A DNA stretch of 61,307 bases, counting the filler, from Kipferlia bialata (taxonomy: Eukaryota), in the NCBI GenBank assembly GCA_003568945.1. It is 3 parts of 3 records of this genome, joined end to end, with 100 filler letters (N's around TTAATTAATTAA, not from the genome) between each part and the next. Parts side by side here need not be neighbours in the genome. Positions count along the whole stretch, not along the records: positions 1 to 20,375 come from BDIP01000379.1; 2 more parts are not named here. One strand, written 5' to 3'. A program made the translations under genes and the position numbers. Positions 1 through 11,595 of the stretch are shown piece by piece. Every line of letters starts with the position of its first letter. Within the stretch, counting starts at the first letter, position 1. The notes under the pieces were generated by a model. That model saw only the letters and a program-made list of their open reading frames with translations. It had not been told where the DNA came from and searched no databases.

Positions 1-27
1 CCGGCCCCCCCCCCCCCCCCCCCCGTG

Positions 28-77
<50 letters not shown>

Positions 78-214
78 GTAGATAGGTGTCCTAACCGCTA
101 GCTCCTAGCAGCCCCTGGCTCTGCCCCCGTGCTTCACACCATGCTATAGATGTATACTATATACACTATATATACACTCTGCACACGAATGCCTTCACAG
201 AGTCTAACTCCTAG

Positions 215-3200
215 CTTCTAGCAGCCCCTGGCTCTGCCCCCCCGTGCTTCTCCCCCCAGGACGAGGTAGAGGGAGAGAGGGTACCAGTAGAGGTATATAG
301 TGTATGTGTATATGATGTGTAGAATTACTGTTTTATATTCTTATATCTAATTGTAATCTGATGAGATAGAGGGGGAGAGAGTGCCACTTTAGGTATCGAT
401 ATGTAGTAGTGTTGGACTGGTGTGAAATGTTTCTGACTATGCAAATGAAGGGATATTGAATTTTGGTGTGCTACAACATCCTCTCTCTCTCTACACCCTT
501 AACACCAGGGGTGAGACTCAGGAGGAGAGAGAGATTGACATTATCTTCTTCTCCTCCATATATTCATATATATTTGTGTATATATATACTTATACAATAT
601 ATCTTGCTTCCCCCTTAACACCAGGGTAGTTTATATGTATATATGCCAGAGCATATAATCCCTCTCTGCCTCTCTCTCTCTCTCTCTCGCTACACCCTTA
701 AATCCGGGGTGAGACCCAGGAGGGGAGAGAGATATCCTCCCTTCGTCGCCTTCTCTCCCTCTCTCTCTCTCCCTCTCCCTCTCTCTCTTTGCCCCCCTCT
801 CTATCTTATTACATCTTGTTCTCTCTCTCTACACCCATAAATCCAGGGTGAGACCCAGGAGGAGAGAGAGATTGATAGTGTCTTCTTCTCCATATATACA
901 TTTGTATTTATATATAGTATATATGTATATATGTCTTGCTACACCCTTAATTCCAGGGTGAGACCCAGGAGGAGAGAGAGATTGAGGCCCAGAGGCACAG
1001 AGAGGCCATACAGGCCAGAGTGAGGGACAAGATTGTGGCCAGGGCAGGTATCACTAATATACACTGTGTACATATATATAAGAATGTAATATAAATATAT
1101 ATGTATTTGGTATTATTTATCATTGGTTAGCCAGGCCAGAGTGAGGGACAAGATAGTGGCCAGGGCAGGTATAGCAAATATACATGTATGCATGTAATAC
1201 TACATTGAATTATATATGAATATAGTATTATATACATATATTGTACTACATTCACTTGACGATACCCTGCTGTTGCCATGGATATAAATATTTATATATA
1301 TCTAATGGTAGGCACTGCCCTTGACGATGCCCTTCTGTTGCCATATTGATATATATGTAAATATATATACATATTCCTTTAATATGTATGTGCATCATCT
1401 CAGGCACTGCCCTTGACGATGCCCTTCTCTTGCCATTTAGAATTATATACATATTCATACATATGTATATATTAGTATTCTATATATTCTATATATATCT
1501 CACCCCAGGCACTGCCCTAGATGATGCCCTGCTGTTGCATGTACACACACACACCCACACACACATACACACACACATATATATAGATATATGTATTGTC
1601 TTTGTTCTTAGACTCCAAGCTTATCTAATTGTAGGCCTGCTGTTGCCATGGATATACACATATACATATATATATATTAGTATTCTATATATATAGTTAT
1701 ATATCACCCCAGGCACTGCCCTTGACGATGCTCTGCTGTTGCCAGAGGGATATATATATATATATATAACCCCTATACATATGTGTATATATTCATACAT
1801 ATATATGTCATTTATGTCTCTGACTCCAGGCACTGCCCTGGACGATGCCCTTATGTTCCACACACACACATATATATATATAGATATATAGATAGTAGTA
1901 TATAGATAGTAGTATATATATAGAGATAGATATATGTATTGTCTCTGTTCTTAGACTCCAATCATATCTAATTGTAGGCACTGCCCTGGACGATGCCCTC
2001 CTATATGTCACTATTATGTATATATACCGAGTCCTCTCTCTATATATATCCTCTCTCTCTCTATATATATACCAGTCATGTCTAACCCTCTAGGCACTGC
2101 CCTTGACGATGCCCTTCTGTTGCCAGAGGGGTATGAGCTGTTGACAGGCACAGAGCTGGATAGGAGGTATATTAATACTATATACTATATACAATATACT
2201 ATATATTATATACTATATATATATATATATATTTTTTTTGTATAAGAGTAATAACATGATGGATGTACTATATACTGTCAGAGGGGTATGTTGACAGGGA
2301 CAGAGCTCGATAGGAGGTATATGCAGTGAATGTATACGATATAGTATTATATAACTCATAGGTATTAGGGGTATGAGCTGTGGACAGTCACAGAGCTAGA
2401 TAGGAGGCACTATATATATATAGGTATTTGTTAAACTCACCCCCAGTGAGATTGCTGTTCCTGAGGAGATCATCAACTGCATGTATATATGTATATGTAT
2501 ATATATATGTATTAGTATGCTTTGTGTCTATGTATGTGTATCTGAGTATATCCTCACCCCCAGTGAGATTGCTGTCCCTGAGGAGATCATCGAGCAGTAC
2601 ATCATACAGCCAGGGACAGAGGTACATAAGTATATATGGAGATGTATATATATATGTAAGTGTATATAGTATAGCTCGTGCGTATATATATGCATATCAT
2701 CGAGCAGTACATCATACAGCCAGAGACAGAGGTATGTAATTCACCACATATATGCTCTTTCTATTCTGTATATTATGTCGTTGTGTTTGTTTCAAGTGTA
2801 TTCCATCTCTCTCTCTCTCCGTCCCTCCCTCCTTACGCCTATTTTCTGTCTCTGTCGCTCTTATTTGTGCGTAGGTGTATATGTATGTCACCCACCCCCT
2901 CTCCTTACCCCAGGAGAGTATGCTTAGAGAGAGGGCCTGGAACGCAGTGCACAAGAGGTATGCATACAAAGCATATGATGTATATATTTTTGTGTATGTA
3001 CTGTATATACATAGTGTGTGTGTGTGTGGAACGCAGTGCACAAGAGGTATGCATGTTGATACAGCATGGTCATTGTATATATATCTTATGAATAGGGTAT
3101 ATGACGTGCCATCCAGAAGAGGCATGACATACTCTCCCTCCCCCTATCTCTCTCTCTATATATGTATATATGTATATATATACTTACCTGCTAGAGTGTA

Positions 3201-4379
3201 TGACCGTGCCATCCAGAAGAGACATGACAGGAGAGAGGCAGCCACATCGAGGGAGCAGCACAAGAGAGACAAGGAGAGAAATGCACAGGTACAGCTCTCT
3301 CTCTCTCTCTCTCTCTCCCCCGCTCTGTATATATACATGTATCAAGGAGAGAAATGCACAGATACATATGAGTACAGTTGTGCATGTCTGTTACTCTCTC
3401 TTGACATGTGTACTTTACTGAATTCGTCGCTCTCTCCCCCTCTACACCCTTCACTACTCACCCCAGGTCACTGTGGGGTTCTTCTTTCTCTCTCTCTCCC
3501 TCTACACCCTTTATTTCTCACCCCAGGTCACTGTGGGCGAGAGGGGCAGAGGCAGAGGCAGAGGGCGTGGAACGTACGTAATGTGTCATACATATTGGTA
3601 ATCTCGTGTTCCGTGCATGTGTTTAGATAATTCTTGCAAGTGTGACTATTCCATACTCTCCCTCCCATACTTCTAGCCGTACCCGCACTGGTGCCATTGC
3701 CCATTACCCCTAACTTGTGTATTTATTGATATATGCTTCAATGTGTATGTATCAGAATATGTCACTCCTCTTATACCTAGCCGCCAACGTGGAGAGTGCA
3801 AGGTATATAGTGATACTACTACACATTAATATATTACAGGTGTATATGTATATATATAGCATTAGTATATATGATATGGAGCATATACATGAGTGGGGTC
3901 ATGGATGCACCCAACGTGGAGAGTGCAAGGTATATATATCCATATATATATATGGATATTATGTATAATATATATATATGCTACAACGCGGAGAGTGTGC
4001 GAACATTGGCCCAACTATCCCCGGTATGCCAGACGATACTAGACCATTTATATATATATATGTGTGTGTGTGTGTATGCTATTATTGGCATCTCTCTAAC
4101 ACCCAGGGAGAGAGAGGCCACAGAGACTCCATGTATTCAATATATATATGTATATATATTGTATATATATATATATATATATATATAGTATGAGTGTTAC
4201 ATCCCATCTAACCCCCAGGGAGAGAGAGGCACAGAGACTCCATGTTCTACATATATATGTACATTCATTATATATATATATATATAGTTGGTGTATCATC
4301 TCTAACACCCAGGGAGAGAGAGGCCACAGAGGAGGTCGAGATGGAGATGGAGATGGATATGGAGTTCCTATTCAACTAG
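215..4379 (+). CDS. 3' part of a spliced gene; probable Brf1 (TFIIIB subunit)-like C-terminal region, 5' end off-contig
   Basis: Phase-consistent GT-AG exons at 215-292, 957-1047, 2094-2166, 2564-2621, 2914-2957, 3195-3288, 3527-~3573, ~3677-3693, 3781-3802 and 4313-4379 give ...SAPPCFSPQ...GTALDDALLLPEGYELLTGTELDRSEIAVPEEIIEQYIIQPGTEESMLRERAWNAVHKRVYDRAIQKR...EMDMEFLFN*. The PPxF motif and the 'EIxxYIxxxxExxxxxxxWxxxxxxY' pattern resemble Brf1 homology blocks. The gene is well supported; the Brf1 identity is by eye only. Confidence 0.5.
1254..2410 (+). repeat. Array of intronic copies of the splice-site/half-exon ends of exon 2094-2166
   Basis: AG|GCACTGCCCTNGAYGATGC copies at about 1311, 1403, 1508, 1712, 1829 and 1977, with partials at about 1254 and 1632. 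Exon-end/donor copies at about 2280-2320 and 2367-2408. Copies are separated by (TA)n/(CA)n tracts. Confidence 0.9.
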
Positions 4380-4656
4380 AGGAGCGTCTCGAGCGTCTTA
4401 GGGGTATGGGGCGTTTGGAGCATCACATGCCCCTCGATGTCTACACTATGGGTGTACTTCTCGCTTCTGTCTTCTTCTCTATCATATTCTTTATCGGTTT
4501 CGTGTCTTCTGGCTGTTTGTGATCTCACTTTCGTGTTGGTATTGTATTACCGTGTGTGTTTCTCTATGTGTGTTAATAGATAGGTGATATAGGTAATGTG
4601 TGGACTCTTTATGAAAGGGTATATGTTGCTCTTATACCACATGCCGTAATCAGTGA

Positions 4657-4706
4657 TTCTAATCTCAATACGGATGAAGACTCTTCATCCGTATTGTAGA
4701 TTAGAA
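4657..4706. repeat. Near-perfect inverted repeat (hairpin) between two convergent genes
   Basis: TTCTAATCT-CAATACGGATGAAGA C TCTTCATCCGTATTG-T-AGATTAGAA: a 15-bp perfect core plus a 9-bp extension with one bulged base. Confidence 0.8.
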
Positions 4707-4856
4707 GACACCTATATATATTGATTTCGAGGGCTAGTCCTCCCAGGCCAAGCACATCCACTCTCCTAATCTACTCTCCTAATATCTCAAGCTTGCATTA
4801 GGTATATATACTTAACAGTACTTGAAGTATTAGAGTTCTCTATTCACTTGGTATCC

Positions 4857-6257
4857 CTAGAAGTGCCAGTCCTCCCAGGCCACGCACCTCCTCTCCCTGC
4901 CCCTGCCCTGCTCTCTCTCTCTCTGGTACGGCTTGTAGGTGTGCTGCGCTGCTCTCTCTCTGTCACTCTCAAGCAGATCACCAAGACACCTAGCAGTAAG
5001 GGTTTCAAAAGGACATGTGTATAATATATACATGTACTTTTGATCCGGTATATTTAGGACACATAGGAAAGTTTCCGGGTTTTACCATGCCTGGTGTATA
5101 TGCAGGCATGCAAAATGCCTCCAACTCTAATGAGCCTATATGATATAGACTCATAGATAATAGTCTATATCATATAGACTCTATATAGTAAAGTGATTGT
5201 GACTATATACCTGGCAGAGGGGTCAATCTCTCTCTCCCTCTTCCTCACCCTCTTTGTCTCTGCCTCCCCCTCTTCCTCTTCATACTCTGCCTGGTAGGTC
5301 AGGGGCCCTATACCCGAGCCAGTCTCTGCTAGGGTTAGATATATGCAGGGATAATGAGTTTCACACACTATATGATATATAGGGTTAGATATATGCTGAG
5401 ATACAGATGTACATATCTAGATAGTAGCATACATACCAGAGAGAGTAACTGTCGGGTTAGACATATGCTGAGATATAGAGGTACATAAACTACATGTACA
5501 ACATATATAATAGAGGTACATATAGTATGTGTACTTCATATATATAGATTTACGATACATACCAGCCATAGTGAGTAGCTGCCTATACTTAGTGCCAACA
5601 GGTGCAGTCTCCTCCTCCCTAGAAGTGCTAGACTCCTCTAGGGGTGCTACAGAGGGAGAGAGAGTAGGTAGAGGGTGGCCCAGCCCTGTGACAGGGTGTG
5701 GATGGGGTGACAGGCGCAGGAGGATGTCCCTAGCTGTAGAGTACATGGCCTCGGGGGAGGGGTCTCTGCCCTAAAGTTAGTGTTATGGTCCATGTAATGA
5801 TACCAATATATATATTCACATATATATAATGAATTCCTATAGTCCATGTACTGGTACCATAGATGTCCTACACGTGTACCTCCATGAGTATGTCCATGTC
5901 CACTGGGCGGCATGGCTCCTCGGGGGCTGGGATGGGGCCTGAGTAAGCACGGAAGTACTCTACGAAGGCTCTAATTGCAATATTGGAATTGTGACAATGA
6001 TCCTGTAAAATGTGTATGCAAAGATTATGGTGTATGTGATGCTTGGCACACGGGAGGGACAATACCTGTGTCAGGTGCAGGGGAGGCACTCTCTCTTGCC
6101 GTGAGTCTCTCTGCCTCAGAGATGAACTCAGCTCTGATTGTCAGCTTATAGTATAGACCCTAGATATATGAATATATGAATCGTGGTGTATTTTTGTAGA
6201 AGATGCTGACATAGTCGTATGTACCTCCCCCCCTTGTCCATGGCCTCCTGCAGACCG

Positions 6258-6300
<43 letters not shown>

Positions 6301-9300
6301 TGGATAGATCATAGTGAATTCTTCTAGACGAGTCAAAGTATATGTGGGTTACCTCTCCCCCTTGTCCATGGCCTCCTGCAGAGCACTCTCCACAGCCTAA
6401 GGGTGAGTGAAGTAATTGTCACACAAATCCTCGGTAGTAGAAGAGACTATGCCTGTGGATCAGTCCCCAGAATGAGAGAGATCACATGTATGCAAATACT
6501 GGTTCAATGCGGAAGTCAGCGTATTAGTGACCATACCTCTTGGGCCTGCTCCAATGCAATACTGGTTGGTGGTCTGTCCCATAACTGCCTCATCTTCTGT
6601 TGGGTCTCTGCTACAGTAGAGACAACAGTAGGGGCATAGGTAGAAGCAGTAGGTGCAATGGTAGGTACAGTGGAGGGTAGGGGAGGGGCAGCGTGGTGTG
6701 GGGCCTGAGGTGAGGAAACAGAGTCCACTATTTGTAAAGAGTCATCACGACGCTACAGATGTGTATTGTCTTACCAGACAGGGGTGGTACCCCTTGGTCC
6801 ACCAGGCTGTTCCACAGGCATAGGTATCTATATATATCATAAGCTGTACTCATGATATCAATGTATAGGAGTTGCAATTATAGTACAATTACCATACCAG
6901 ACTGCGGTGATTCCCCTGTCAACCAGGCTGTTCCACATAGAGTATATAGTACATTGTATATATAGTATATAGTTGTTCAGCATTATAGTAACATCAATTA
7001 CTTAGGTATCCTCACCAGGCTGGGGTGGTACCCCCCTGTCCACCAGGCCGGGCCCCACTGCATGTCGGAGGGGTCCTGGGGGTTAGTGGCACTCCTAAGT
7101 ACCAGTACCATATCTGGTATATACTACCCACTGCATGTCGGAGGGGTCCTGGGGGTTAGGAAAGGGTCCCAAGTATATGCATATAGGTATACACAAATAT
7201 GCGAATAGGATCGCGATGGGTACGGAGAGACAGTGTCATGTAAGTGATATATATACTTATATATACTCATTCACCTGATCCCTATAGTCCACCACTGCCT
7301 TGGGTGCCTCCTCGGGTGTGAGACTCAGGGTGGAGGTGTCGAGGGGGACAAGGTCCGGCATCTGATGGTTAGAGTAGTATCTATATGTATCTCTATTATG
7401 ATGGTTAGAGGTTCGAATACGGAAATTGAATTACACTCAGTGTAATGGTTCTTCCTTCGGTTGCGAAATATCGACTATATATGGAACACAAACTCTGTAC
7501 CTCTGGGATCATCTCTCAAAATCTCACATACTTTCGCCATAGTGTATATTGTTATATATATTAAGAATGTATTACTATATATGATACATTTAGAATATCG
7601 TATATACTTTCTACCTCTGGTATCATCACCTCTATCTCATGTCAGATAGCAATTTTAACATAGGTTCAGTCATATGTACGTATACATATATATATGTGTG
7701 GGTATATACTATACACTGTACCTCTGGCATCATGGCCTCTATCTCATGTCTCTTCTGGTCATAGGTCTCGGCACTGGGGTGAGACAACATATGCAGAATA
7801 GTGTCCAAAGTATACCTTATTTAGAATGGAGAATCCAACAGTATAATTCTACCTCTACATATGCTTGAGAATACATCTCTTCTGTCATATGTCTTTGCAA
7901 AGGTGTGGAACAGAAAACGTAGGAGTCTGTATAGAACTCATCCGTGAAAGATATACTATCTATATACATATCTATGTCATATAGAGAGGGACTCGACTGT
8001 ATTAGAGTTGTTATGTACATGAATAAGTACCTCTCCCTCTGGTGCCCCTCCAGCCACCAGATGGCATTGTACACACGGTGCATGGCGGCCTTCCTCTGGG
8101 CCTGAGTATTAATAACACTTAGAAACTATAGTGGTGACCCCTTATATGAAATACATATACCTCTGGTATTGTGCTGCCTGGTGTCTGTATTCGACTTCTC
8201 AGACCATAGAGCAGGAGGTCCAGCTCGGTCTTGGCCTGCATATGAGATAATATTATATATATAGATACATACATATGTGTTGGTACATGAAGTATGTTAA
8301 ACTCTATGGTCGTAGAGCAGGAGGTCCAGCTCGGCCTTGACCTGGGGTAAGAGAGAGAGACAGAGCAGGATTCTGGAACATTCATACCCTCCTGTTTTAC
8401 TACTGGATATTGTATATAGGCCATACACTATATAGCCCATAGGATTGCATTCTGTACCTGGTGCCTGACCCTGACCTTGGCCAGCAGGGTCTTGTTGGCC
8501 AGGACCTAGGATGTGGGTTGCGTATATGGGAAAAATATTGGTTAATAATAATAATATGTTGGCCAGGACCTAGGGGTGAGGCATCTACATAACGTAAAAT
8601 ACATGGGATATGTCGCTAATAAATGTACCTGTTCAGCTGTGGGTGCCGATGGCTCTAAGAAGCTTGCAGGTCTCCCAATGCCGTATCCTGAGTGTAAGGG
8701 TTACACACTGATATATATATATATATATATACTCAATTATGACTCTCTACACCACATACATCCTGTAGTAGAGAGAGGGAGTTTCTCCCGATGCCGTATC
8801 CTATGGGTGTCAGATGCATATAGATACCATATATTGACTCTATAATAGAGACAGAAAGGGAGAGAGAGAAGGAAAACTAGGGTTGCGGTGTCCAGTGGCC
8901 ATATTACTCAAATACCCACAGGAGAGAGGGATAAGAGGGTAGGAGTATACAATGTATACTATACATATATACTAATAATCTATTGTATAGAGTGTATATA
9001 CCTTGTGCCCCAATACCAGCTGCCCTGGTGTAGTCCTGGTAGGACGGGACGGGGGGGACCTGGGGGTAAGTCATATACACACATAGGGAATATGGTCATA
9101 GTATAGGCCTCTCTCAGACACATATGTGCTTCTGTGTATTCTTGATAGCAGGGGACGGGGGGGGGCTAAAGGTTAGTTGATTGGATACATGGTATATATA
9201 TAGTCATAATGAAACACGTGCACATAGGGGACTGGGGTGAAGATAACTATCTGTAGATGTTAAATGGATATAGTACTATTATATACTTTGAGTTTTATTG

Positions 9301-9532
9301 CAGCCTGTGTATATATATTGTATGTAAGTAGGGCTTACGTTAGTCAGTATATCACACCTTGGGCTTTGGTGCAGTAATATATACACTGCATATATTTGTA
9401 TTAATTATACACAGTATGCAAGTGTACCTTTGGCTTAGGCTTAGGCCTGGCCAGGTCACGTGGCATGTATCTCTTGTCTACTCTGCCATCACCCGTCATG
9501 TGCAACCCCTCACGACCCCTGCGCAGTGACAT
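4857..9532 (-). CDS. Multi-exon hypothetical protein containing an Hsp70 C-terminal (lid/SBD-alpha)-like segment followed by a Pro/Ser-rich low-complexity region
   Basis: ATG at 9532 (MSLRRGREGLHMTGDGRVDKRYMPRD...). Exons at about 8458-8506, 8162-8236, 8031-8101 and 7721-7773 give VRVRHQAKTELDLLLYGLRSRIQTPGSTIPEAQRKAAMHRVYNAIWWLEGHQRESAETYDQKRHEIEAMM, matching the Hsp70 pattern AKNxLESYxxxxR...WLDxNQxAxxEEFxxKxxELE. Last exon ends AWEDWHF* at 4857. Confidence 0.6.
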
Positions 9533-10171
9533 AGCCCTCTCTCTCTCTCTCTTCCCCCTTCTGACACTCAAGCCCTTCTACCTCTGTCTCTATGTGGGTG
9601 TGTGTCTTAGAGTCTCTCTATAGTGTCGGCTAATGCACAGGGCGAGCAGAGAGGCGTATCATCACTCAGCCACAGTACTGCGAGGCTTGTCTCCCGTGTC
9701 ACATTGTCACTACTAATGGTTGGAGAGAGAGAAGCACTCTACACCTATTCAGCAAAACGAGTACATTACACCCTTTTTCCATTGACTCTGCTACTGTCGT
9801 TTGAACCTCTCACTTGGGAAAGTGAAGGATAATGGACCCAACTCAGTCATTTACTCTTAGTATACTGTAATACTGATAGTACTAAGGGGTCAGCAGTCTA
9901 TAATGGAAGAAGTCTTCATTCAGCTTGTCTAAGTCTTTACAGGTGTAAAGGCAGAATAACGAGATGAATGCGTGTGGGGTGATACTTATGTCCTAGATCC
10001 ATACAAAAACAGAGCAATTGTGCTATTGCTGGGAAGTGTACCAGCCTAGGAGCATCACTACTAGTGATGCTAAATTGCTCACTGCTACCGAAAGTCGGAG
10101 AATCTCAGATTTGATCGGCAGAAGTTTTGGATGTTGGCTCTCTCTCTCTCTCTCCTCTTTTGTCCCAAGCT

Positions 10172-10430
10172 ATGGTGAGTGTTGTGCATCTTACACTCAG
10201 CTGCTCTGGTGTATGCCTCTACCGTAACACACATGCATTTATTTGTATATGTATGCATTGTAAGAGAGGATCATATCTGGTGATCTTGTGTGGTTGTGGA
10301 AACGTACTGCTGTCACTGTCTCCCCCCCCCCACCCCATCCTCTTCCCTCAGTCCCTCCCAGCCCCCGCCATTCAGCGTATCACCAGAGATGTCCGCTCTC
10401 TGATGCGGTCACCCCCAGAGGGAATCGAGG
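10172..10430 (+). CDS. 5' end of a ubiquitin-conjugating enzyme E2 (UBE2S-like); the rest of the gene is not found
   Basis: ATG|gtgagt at 10172, then exon 10352-10430 SLPAPAIQRITRDVRSLMRSPPEGIE, the typical E2 helix-1/PPxGI start. No in-phase continuation with GPxGTPY or HPN...C follows. Confidence 0.55.
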
Positions 10431-10569
10431 GTGGGTATATATGGGTATATGTGTATCTTGGATTGAGAGATCTACTATCTCTTCGACTCTAATTGCCGTC
10501 TCAGCTCTTACTGAGGGGGGTTGTCTGCTGCTTCATTTCACTCTTCACATAGTAGAGTTTAGGTCCCAG

Positions 10570-10605
<36 letters not shown>

Positions 10606-11595
10606 CCACCCCACCCCAGGATGAGGTGCCCCCTGAGTTCCGCCTCTACATGGTGAGTACACGGTGTGGCCTGGTCTGGCTCTGATCGGTCATCTAAGAT
10701 GACTCATCTTCACTTCATCAATTGTGTACTTCTGCATCTCTCTCTGGTTCCACGGTCCTGTAATTTTCCTATTCTCATTCCTGTCCTTCCCTCACCTTCA
10801 GGACAAGAAGAAGCCTGTCGACAACACTCAGATGTAATGAGCGAGCCAGTATTCTCAGTCCAGTGTTTTTGCTGCAATGGACGTGGGACAATGACCTATG
10901 GGTACCCTTTTGTCTGCTGGGTATCCCACAGGTACATACATACCCCGTTCCGTATTGGGAACTGTTCCATCACTAGTATGTGTGAGTGTATGGTCCATGG
11001 TGTGTCATTTTGTATTCTATCACGGGTTGCCTAGGGTTAAGAGACAGAGTATCGCTATCAGTGTAGATGTGTTGGTACCATCTCCCAGTCACTAAATACT
11101 ACCTGTGTGTCGTGTGGTCTGATTTGATTCGTGAAGGGTGATCATCTACAACCACTCAATATATAGATAGGAAGGGTCCTCCACGGGTGTGGTGTCAGAA
11201 GTCTTCCAGCACGATGTCATTGAGCAGTTATGCATCAGTCTTGCAATGAATCAGCCTCAGGAGACCTGGCTTCCACCTTCAATTATAGGCCTTTTATCGT
11301 GCTCCTCCTAGCCTCGCTCTCTCTCTATCTCTACAGGGCACGATAAAGCGCCACAAATATTGTTTCTGTTGTTCTTGTGGGTATGCACCCAATGTGAACT
11401 TACGCGAGAGGCCGTGTCGTGTTTACAGTGTCAGGTTTGAGTCCAGAAGTTAGTTTTCGACTCGAAATTCGAGTGTCTTTCAAAAACATCTACACCCTTT
11501 CTCCACTCGGTAATGCCGGGTAACAGCGAGCTTAACAGAGAGTGCCTAGGAAATCCACATGCTGACTTCGTCTTCTTCAGGGCCAGAGGCAGGGT

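Noticed and set aside
1254..2170. CRISPR-like array (about 30-nt repeats with variable spacers)
   Set aside because: Eukaryotic context, no cas genes, spacers are irregular microsatellite DNA, and the repeat is a copy of a splice acceptor plus exon start.
643..4522. Many short ORFs rich in YI/LS/RE/CV dipeptides (here and throughout the window)
   Set aside because: Translations of (TA)n, (CT)n, (GA)n and (GT)n intronic microsatellites, or antisense shadows of real exons.
7405..7425. tRNA B-box-like GGTTCGAATAC
   Set aside because: No cloverleaf or A-box; it lies in an intron next to an acceptor echo.
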